From Anatilimnocola sp. (GTDB lineage Bacteria > Planctomycetota > Planctomycetia > Pirellulales > Pirellulaceae): DNA of 32,367 bases. Shown here in pieces: positions 26,073-32,367 of this stretch; the stretch's first letter is position 1; each line of letters starts with the position of its first letter. The notes under the pieces were generated by a model that was not told where the DNA came from, did not search any database, and saw only the letters and a list, made by a program, of their open reading frames with translations. Location of the stretch: the NCBI GenBank assembly GCA_043744755.1, contig JAYTUF010000242.1, forward strand, positions 1 to 32,367. The letters run 5' to 3'. The position numbers and the translations under genes were made by a program.

Positions 26073-28082
26073 ATGACCAGGTTAAGCACATTACGAAGTC
26101 AACTCTCCTTGCTCCGGCGAGCCCGCTCGCTCGTGCGCGCCGCGACGGCAGGCTCCGCGCTGCTCGTCGCGGCGTTCTGGGCGCTTGTCGGCGTGTTGGT
26201 TCTCGATCTGGCCTTCGAGCTGCCCGCCCCGCAGCGTTTGGTCGTGATGACGATTGCCGCCGGTTGCGTGATCTGGGCGGCCGTGCGCTTCACCTGGCCC
26301 ATGCTGCAGGTTCGCGAATCGGTCGAAGACATGGCCCTGCTCGTCGAACGGCAGCAGAAGATCGATAGCGACCTGATCGCCGCTTTGCAGTTTGAAACGC
26401 CCGCGGCGTCCACGTGGGGATCGAAACAACTCGAAGGCGCCGTCATCGATTACGTCGCCCATGTCGGCAGTCATCTGAATGTGTTTGAAGGCTTCTCGCG
26501 CACGCAGATGATCCGCCGCGGCACAATGCTCGCGGTGACGGTGGTCCTGCTACTCGCCGCGGGAATCCTCTATCCGCTCCATGCGGGCACGTTCTTCAAT
26601 CGCCTGCTCATGGGCAGCCGACACTATCCAACGGCGACGACCATCGAGCGGATTGTCGTCAATCAACGGTCAGTGCTGGAAGAGAACAATGACGGTAGCG
26701 CTCCGCACAGTTTGAAAGCCGCCCAAGGCCGGCCGCTGGAGTTCGCCGTCCTCACTCGCGGCCGTTCGCCGGAACCGCGCACCGTCACGCTGCTGGCCAC
26801 GGGTGTGACACGCACCCGCACGCAGCTCGAACTGGTCCCCGCCACGCGCGAGGATCGTTTGAATCGCTTGCGTCGCGCTGCCGACCTGCTGCAAGCTGCA
26901 GCCAAGGATGACGAGATCGACATTTCACTCCCCTGGCGTGAGCAAGTGGCAGCACTACTCAGCTTCGATGCCGCCGACCTGGCTGCGAAAGTTGCGAAAG
27001 AACAACAGCGTTCAGAACTGAACAACTGGGCAGCGAAGATTGCCGAGCAAATGAAAAGCGACGCAGCCATCAACGATCAAAAAGTGCTCCTCACCGGCCA
27101 ACTTCCCCGCCTGCTCGAAAGCGTCCGCTATTCATTGGTGATGGGCGACGCTTGGACCGATTCCGCGACGATCAGCATGATCCCGCTCCCCGCCGTCGAA
27201 CCCTCGCTCAACATCATTCCACCGGCCTATGCCATGGAAGAAGCCAAGCCCGACGCGGGTCAGCGGCAAGTCGCCGTGCTGCAAGGTTCTGCCCTGGAGC
27301 TGGCCATCACCTGCACCAACGGCAAGAAATTAAACTCAGCCTGGGTCAATCTCCGCCGCCGGGATCAGACTGAACGCTTCGATCTTTCGAAGCTCAGCCA
27401 AGATGGCACGAAGTGGGCCCTCGTCGATCAGCAAGGCAACACGCCACTCAAGAACATCCGCGAGGAGTTCCGCTACGAAGTGCAAGTCATCGACGCGGAC
27501 GAACTGAGCCTCGAAGCGCCGATCCGCGGCGCGGTCCGCATCAAGCCCGATCGCCCGCCAACCGCCGCCGCCGATGTCGTGCATAAAGTGGTCCTGCCCA
27601 CGGCTGAGCCGGTGATTCATTACCGCGCGACGGACGACTACGGCATCGCCTCGCTCAAGCTCATTGCCGAAGTGGAACGCCATTCCGATCAGAAAGTCGC
27701 CGCCGCGTTGCCCGACGAGAGCGCCCAAACGGGCACGACCGGTGCCGCCGCCGCAGTAGAGAAGCAGGAGTTTCCGGTGCATGTCGCCAAAGAACCCATC
27801 CGAGCGGATCGACTTCCCCTGGATTCAAGCTTTACCTTGAGCCTCTCGTCGCTCAAACTGACCAAGGGGGATCGGTTGCGGATTACGCTGGAAGTGATCG
27901 ACTATCGCGGTGAGAATGAAGCCGGTCAGCCGGCGGGGCAGCGGTATCAATCGGATCCGCTGGTGCTGGAAATTTCGGATGAGAGTGGTGTGCTCGCAGC
28001 CATTTCAGAGGCCGACGAACGTTCAGAACAACGACTTACGGACATTATCAAACGTCAACTCGGGATTGGAGAATCTCCATGA
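26073..28082 (+). CDS. membrane protein resembling the N-terminal half of DUF4175-like proteins (3 TMs + Ig-like domains)
   Basis: LVLDLAFELP, ALLVERQQKIDSDLIAALQF, PPAYA, YEVQVIDAD, IKPDRPP, RATDDYG, LTKGDRLRITLEVIDY. Confidence 0.75.
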   Translation: MTRLSTLRSQLSLLRRARSLVRAATAGSALLVAAFWALVGVLVLDLAFELPAPQRLVVMTIAAGCVIWAAVRFTWPMLQVRESVEDMALLVERQQKIDSDLIAALQFETPAASTWGSKQLEGAVIDYVAHVGSHLNVFEGFSRTQMIRRGTMLAVTVVLLLAAGILYPLHAGTFFNRLLMGSRHYPTATTIERIVVNQRSVLEENNDGSAPHSLKAAQGRPLEFAVLTRGRSPEPRTVTLLATGVTRTRTQLELVPATREDRLNRLRRAADLLQAAAKDDEIDISLPWREQVAALLSFDAADLAAKVAKEQQRSELNNWAAKIAEQMKSDAAINDQKVLLTGQLPRLLESVRYSLVMGDAWTDSATISMIPLPAVEPSLNIIPPAYAMEEAKPDAGQRQVAVLQGSALELAITCTNGKKLNSAWVNLRRRDQTERFDLSKLSQDGTKWALVDQQGNTPLKNIREEFRYEVQVIDADELSLEAPIRGAVRIKPDRPPTAAADVVHKVVLPTAEPVIHYRATDDYGIASLKLIAEVERHSDQKVAAALPDESAQTGTTGAAAAVEKQEFPVHVAKEPIRADRLPLDSSFTLSLSSLKLTKGDRLRITLEVIDYRGENEAGQPAGQRYQSDPLVLEISDESGVLAAISEADERSEQRLTDIIKRQLGIGESP

Positions 28083-31000
28083 GAACGATCGCTGCAAGAT
28101 CATTGGTCGCGGTGGTGCTGCTGCTCGTCAGCTTCGCTTCGGTGGCGGTCGCTGCCGAGGGGGATTCGTTTAAACGGAAGCAGCAGGCACAGGAAAAAGC
28201 CCGCGCTCTCGCCGGTGAGCTCGTCTCCGGCGTGCTCGATATTCAAATCCGCCAGTTGGAGGAGAACGGTCTCAAGACGCTCCCCATCTACAAAGACATT
28301 CTGGCGATGAAGGGAAACATCCATGAGCTGATGAAGGCCGACATGGAAGAAATCGTGCATCTGCTGGTGCTGGCCCAGGAAGGGACGCAGCAGCAGCGGA
28401 TCGAAAACTTCAACAAAGCCCGCGGCCGCATCCGCGAAGTCGTCGTGCAATTGATGGCCGAGCGGCAGAAGCTGTTCCGCCGGATGCAAATCGCCAAGCT
28501 CTCGGCCCAGGTCCGCGAGCTGATCAACATGCAGACAAAAACGCATACGCTCACCATGTCGCTGCCGGCTCAGGCGCCCACGCAGCGCGATCAACTGGCG
28601 CTGAGCGCCATCGAAGATCAGGCCGACGTGCAGAAGCTCTTTTATCAACTGGTTGCCTCGCTCGAAGACGTCAAGACTTGGGGTGGCCAGGTGGGTGCCG
28701 GCGCCGATGCGGGTCTGCGAATCCTGCGGGCCGGGCAGGTCGATCAAGAACTGAAGTTGGCCGGCACACAGCTCGCCAAGGCCGAAGTCCCCGGCGCGGG
28801 CAAAGCGCAACAAGCAGTCATCCGCGGTTTGCAGGCCTTGCTCGATAAACTTGAAGAAACGCAAGGACTGATCGATAGCGATCGCGAAGCGGCTCTCAAG
28901 ATGGTCCGCGAGATGATGAAGAAGCAGGAAGAGCTGCGCGAGGAAACCAAGAAGTCGCCGCTCGACCCGGCCGCTGCCGACAAGCTCGCTGCCAAGCAAC
29001 TCGACGTGCAAAAGGATCTCGGCAAACTCGCCCAGGCTTTGCAAAGTGCGTTCCCGATTACGCAACCGCTGCTCGAAGATGCGAAGGCCGCCGCTCAAGA
29101 AGCCCGTCGCGACCTGTTCGAGACGAACAAACCCGCCGCGCTGGAAGAGCAGAACAAAGTCATCGGCGATCTGGCTCAGATCGAAAAGCAGATCGAACAG
29201 GGGCTCGACCTTGACCAGGCTGACAAGAGCGCCGATCAACTGGCCGCTGAAGTCAAGCAACTGCAGGAACTGAAGAAGGATCTGGAACAGGCCACCAAAG
29301 AACAGGCCGAAGCAACCAAGCAAGCCGAGAAGGCGCCTGCCGAAGCAATGAAGCAGGAACAGAAAGTCGCTGAGACGCTGAAGAAGGCCGATGCGAAGGC
29401 CGAACTCAATTCCGCGTTGGAAAACAAACTTAACACGGCCGAAGAAGCCGTCGCCGAAGCTGCCGAAGCCGACAAGAACATGACGCCCGAAAAGGCCGAG
29501 GCTCGCAAAGAGGCCGCCGAAAAGGCCAAGGATGCCATCGCGCAGGCGAAGGCCGAAACCGAGCAGCAGCTGGCCGATGCGATGCGTCGCGAGCAAGCGG
29601 TGAAGGTCGGCGAACTAGCCCGCGCTGCGGAAGCGCTCGAACGGGCCGCTGCTGCCGAGAAGGAAGTAGCGAAAGAAGCCAAGGCCGCCGCCGAAGCGCC
29701 GGAAGGTCTGCAGCCTGAACGGGCCGAAGCGCTTGCTGCGAAGCAAGCCGATGTGAAAGAAGTCGCCGAGAAGATCGCCGAAGGCGTCAAGAACACAGCC
29801 CCCGAGGCCGCAAAGAAAGTCGAAGAAGCCAAGAAGCCAGTCGCCGAAGCGACCAAGCAACTCGCAGCCGCCAAGACCAAGCCGGGCGAAGCTGCCAAGC
29901 CGGAAGCGAAGCAAGCCGCGAAGGATGCAGCGAAAGCTGCCGAGATGGCTGCCGAGAAACTGACGCAAGCCGCCGCTGACCTGCGCAAAGAAGCGGGTGA
30001 AGCAGCCGAGGAACTCGCCAAGATCGCGGGTGAACAACTGGAAAAGGCCGAAGCCGTTCGCGAAGCGGTTGAAGCCGCTGCCGCGAAGCCGATGCCGTCC
30101 AAGGCCGAAGCCATCGCCAACCTGCAAAAGGCCGAAGAAAAGATCCGCGCTGCTCAAACCGAACAGGCCAAGGCCGAAGGCAAGGCCGCTGCGGCCGAAG
30201 CCAAGACCCAGGCTGAGAAGGTCGCGGAAGTGAAGAAGGAACAGAACCAGGCCGACAAGGCCGCCAACGAACTGGCCCAAGGCAAAGCCAACACGCCGCT
30301 CGAAGCAGCCGGTGAGCAACAAGAGGCTGCCGAGAAGGCTGCCGAAGCCGCGCTGGCTACCAAGGGCGAAGTCGCCGAAGCCTTGAAAGACGCCGCGAAG
30401 GCTGCTGCCGAAGCTGCCAAGGAAACCCTCGGCGGCGATCCCGCCAAGGCCGAAGCCGCGCGGAAGCAAGCTCGCGAAGCGATCGCGAAGGCTATGGCTG
30501 CCGCCGAGAAGCAAGCCGCCGAAGCTGCCAAGCAACCGGCCGGCAAACCGGACCCAATGGCTCAAAAGGCCGCTGGCGAAAAAGCCGCCGAAGCGGAAGC
30601 GCTCGCTGAAAAAGCAGCGGGTGAAGCGGGTGACATGCCCGGCGACATGGCAGCCCAGGCCGCCAAGGAAGCCGGCAAAGCCGCCGCCGATGCCGCGGCT
30701 CAGGCGGATGTCGCCAAGGAGCAACTTGAAAAGGGAACTCCCGCTGCCGCTGCTGAAGCTCAAAAGAAAACCGGCGAAGCTCTGGCCAAAGCGGGTGAGA
30801 AGATTCAAGAAGCCTTGAAGGAACTTGGTAAGAAGGAAGCCGAAGGTCTTGCTCAAGAAGGCAAAGCTGCCGGCGAACTTGCTGAAAAAGCCGGCGAAGT
30901 CGATCCGGGCGCTCAGGCCGCCTTGCAACAAGCGGCCAAGACCGCCAAGCAAGCCGCTGCCGAAGCGGGCCCGATGCCCGGTGAATCCGGCAAACCGGAA

Positions 31001-32260
31001 GCCGGCAAGCCCGAACCAGGTAAAGCCGCCGAAGCTCGCAAGGAAGTTGCCCAACGGCTGGATCGCGCTGCCGCCAATCTGGCCGCTCGCGAACAGCAAC
31101 TCCGTCGCGATCGCGATCTGGCCGAAGCCATCGCCGAACTCGCCAAGGACCAACAAGCGGCCCGCGACACCATTGGCAAAGCGGCCGAGCAACTCGCCAA
31201 GGGTGATGCCCCCGCCGGTGAAGCCGGCAAACCCATGCCGGCCGGCGCAGCAGGGAAGCCGATGGGCGAGGCTGGCAAGCCCGCCGCGAAGCAACCATCG
31301 GCCAAGCAACTCGCTGCGGCCGAAGCTTTGCAAAAGGCCACGCAGGATTTCGCCGAAGCTCAAAAGGCTACTGGCGTTGGTGCTGCCGAAATCTCCGGTC
31401 AAGAAGAAGTCGCCAACAAGGGCGTGCGCGAAGGCCTCGAAGCTGCGTCACGTCTAACAGAACCCATGGTCCCCGGCGAAGCCCCTATGGGCGAAGCCGC
31501 CGGCAAACCAATGGGCGAAGCTCAACCCGGCAAACCAGGCGAAGCCCCAATAGGTCAACCGATGCCCGGTCAGGGAACTCCGATGCCAGGGCAAGGTCAG
31601 CCAATGCCGGGCCAGGGTCAACCGATGCCCGGCCAAGGCAAGCCGATGGGTCAGGCTCAAGCAACTGCCAAGGGAATGCCGCCCGCCAAGCCGACCGATC
31701 TCGGCATCGGCCTGGTGCCTAGCTCGCCCGAAGCAACCGCCCAGCAAATCGCCGGCGCGGAAGCGGTGGCACAAGCCGAAGCAGCCATCCAAGCGGCTGC
31801 TGAGGCTGCCCTGCAAGGTCAACTCGCGCAGGGCCAGCCGATGCCCGGTCAAGGCGCACCGATGCCAGGCCAGGGCGCACCGATGCCAGGCCAGGGCGCT
31901 CCCATGCCCGGTCAAGGCGCTCCCATGCCGGGTCAGGGTCAACCGATGCCCGGACAAGGTCCGCCCATGCCCGGGCAATCGGGCCCGACCAGTAAGGGTG
32001 GCTCGCCCATGGGTGGCGACACTTCCAACAATCAGAAGCAAGAACCAGGCGAACTGCAAAACGAAGCCACCGCCCCCGGCGACAGCCGCGGCGAGAAGGC
32101 CAATCGCGATGCCGAAGCCAAGGCTCAGAAGTTCGAGAAGGAACCTTGGTTCGCCAAGCTACCGCCCGCTTTGCAAAGCGCCATTCAAGCCAAAGCCCGT
32201 GGCAAAGCGCCCCGTGGTTATGAAGAGCGCCTGAAGAGGTATTTTGAGAGCATTGACTAA
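28079..32260 (+). CDS. large exported coiled-coil Ala/Glu/Lys-rich protein with PMPGQGx repeats
   Basis: ATGA overlap; signal peptide MRTIAARSLVAVVLLLVSFASVAVAA; long helical A/E/K/Q-rich region; C-terminal WFAKLPP...PRGYEERLKRYFESID. Confidence 0.85.
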   Translation: MRTIAARSLVAVVLLLVSFASVAVAAEGDSFKRKQQAQEKARALAGELVSGVLDIQIRQLEENGLKTLPIYKDILAMKGNIHELMKADMEEIVHLLVLAQEGTQQQRIENFNKARGRIREVVVQLMAERQKLFRRMQIAKLSAQVRELINMQTKTHTLTMSLPAQAPTQRDQLALSAIEDQADVQKLFYQLVASLEDVKTWGGQVGAGADAGLRILRAGQVDQELKLAGTQLAKAEVPGAGKAQQAVIRGLQALLDKLEETQGLIDSDREAALKMVREMMKKQEELREETKKSPLDPAAADKLAAKQLDVQKDLGKLAQALQSAFPITQPLLEDAKAAAQEARRDLFETNKPAALEEQNKVIGDLAQIEKQIEQGLDLDQADKSADQLAAEVKQLQELKKDLEQATKEQAEATKQAEKAPAEAMKQEQKVAETLKKADAKAELNSALENKLNTAEEAVAEAAEADKNMTPEKAEARKEAAEKAKDAIAQAKAETEQQLADAMRREQAVKVGELARAAEALERAAAAEKEVAKEAKAAAEAPEGLQPERAEALAAKQADVKEVAEKIAEGVKNTAPEAAKKVEEAKKPVAEATKQLAAAKTKPGEAAKPEAKQAAKDAAKAAEMAAEKLTQAAADLRKEAGEAAEELAKIAGEQLEKAEAVREAVEAAAAKPMPSKAEAIANLQKAEEKIRAAQTEQAKAEGKAAAAEAKTQAEKVAEVKKEQNQADKAANELAQGKANTPLEAAGEQQEAAEKAAEAALATKGEVAEALKDAAKAAAEAAKETLGGDPAKAEAARKQAREAIAKAMAAAEKQAAEAAKQPAGKPDPMAQKAAGEKAAEAEALAEKAAGEAGDMPGDMAAQAAKEAGKAAADAAAQADVAKEQLEKGTPAAAAEAQKKTGEALAKAGEKIQEALKELGKKEAEGLAQEGKAAGELAEKAGEVDPGAQAALQQAAKTAKQAAAEAGPMPGESGKPEAGKPEPGKAAEARKEVAQRLDRAAANLAAREQQLRRDRDLAEAIAELAKDQQAARDTIGKAAEQLAKGDAPAGEAGKPMPAGAAGKPMGEAGKPAAKQPSAKQLAAAEALQKATQDFAEAQKATGVGAAEISGQEEVANKGVREGLEAASRLTEPMVPGEAPMGEAAGKPMGEAQPGKPGEAPIGQPMPGQGTPMPGQGQPMPGQGQPMPGQGKPMGQAQATAKGMPPAKPTDLGIGLVPSSPEATAQQIAGAEAVAQAEAAIQAAAEAALQGQLAQGQPMPGQGAPMPGQGAPMPGQGAPMPGQGAPMPGQGQPMPGQGPPMPGQSGPTSKGGSPMGGDTSNNQKQEPGELQNEATAPGDSRGEKANRDAEAKAQKFEKEPWFAKLPPALQSAIQAKARGKAPRGYEERLKRYFESID
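31559..31642 (+). repeat. 21-bp coding tandem repeat x4 (PMPGQG[T/Q/Q/K])
   Basis: Units start at 31559, 31580, 31601, 31622. Confidence 0.92.
31838..31984 (+). repeat. 21-bp coding tandem repeat x7 (PMPGQG[A/A/A/A/Q/P], PMPGQSG)
   Basis: Units start at 31838, 31859, 31880, 31901, 31922, 31943, 31964. Confidence 0.95.
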
Positions 32261-32296
32261 GTGCAGCAGTAAGAATGCAGAATGCTGAATGAAAGC

Positions 32297-32327
32297 TGGC
32301 AGTCGCTACGGAGCTTAGCGACTGCCA
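32297..32327 (+). terminator. 12-bp perfect stem-loop after the last gene (terminator or mRNA-stabilising hairpin)
   Basis: TGGCAGTCGCTA-cggagct-TAGCGACTGCCA, 36 nt after the stop; lacks a U-tract, so intrinsic termination is uncertain. Confidence 0.5.
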
Positions 32328-32367
32328 AATTGGAAACTCCCCGTTTGTCGCCCGCCTATTTTTGAGT

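Noticed and set aside
28100-31402. 498-aa, 595-aa and 294-aa minus-strand ORFs rich in L/F/G or A/S
   Set aside because: Mirror translations of the Ala/Glu/Lys-rich coiled-coil gene.
31559-31984. Possible CRISPR array
   Set aside because: Contiguous 21-bp coding repeats with no unique spacers and no cas genes.

Overview
GC-rich bacterial window, inferred to be Planctomycetota, probably Pirellulaceae-like (DUF1559 prepilin protein with partner lipoprotein, sulfatase, ECF sigma factor, BatA/VWA operon). The left half (1-13.4 kb) is mixed: mfd, a SurA/PrsA-like parvulin PPIase, a small secreted Tyr/Pro-rich protein, orphan bioD, a DUF1559 + lipoprotein pair interrupted by a REP-like composite palindrome, a winged-helix AAA+ ATPase divergent from a stand-alone HDOD protein, and a His-rich lipoprotein + sulfatase pair. 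The right half (13.6-32.3 kb) is one co-directional 8-gene cluster and the most interesting part. In order: ECF sigma factor; a translationally coupled 1427-aa anti-sigma-like membrane protein carrying beta-sandwich, TPR and PQQ-type propeller domains; an exported prenyltransferase-fold protein; a BatA/VWA protein; a VWA/Ig/GATase-like membrane protein; an inserted TM + Tudor/SH3-like protein; and a DUF4175-like unit apparently split into a membrane anchor and a separately exported 1393-aa coiled-coil protein with PMPGQGx repeats. The MoxR ATPase and DUF58 genes usual for such operons are not in the window. No rRNA, tRNA, CRISPR array or transposase was seen. All family assignments come from motif recognition by eye, not from database searches.
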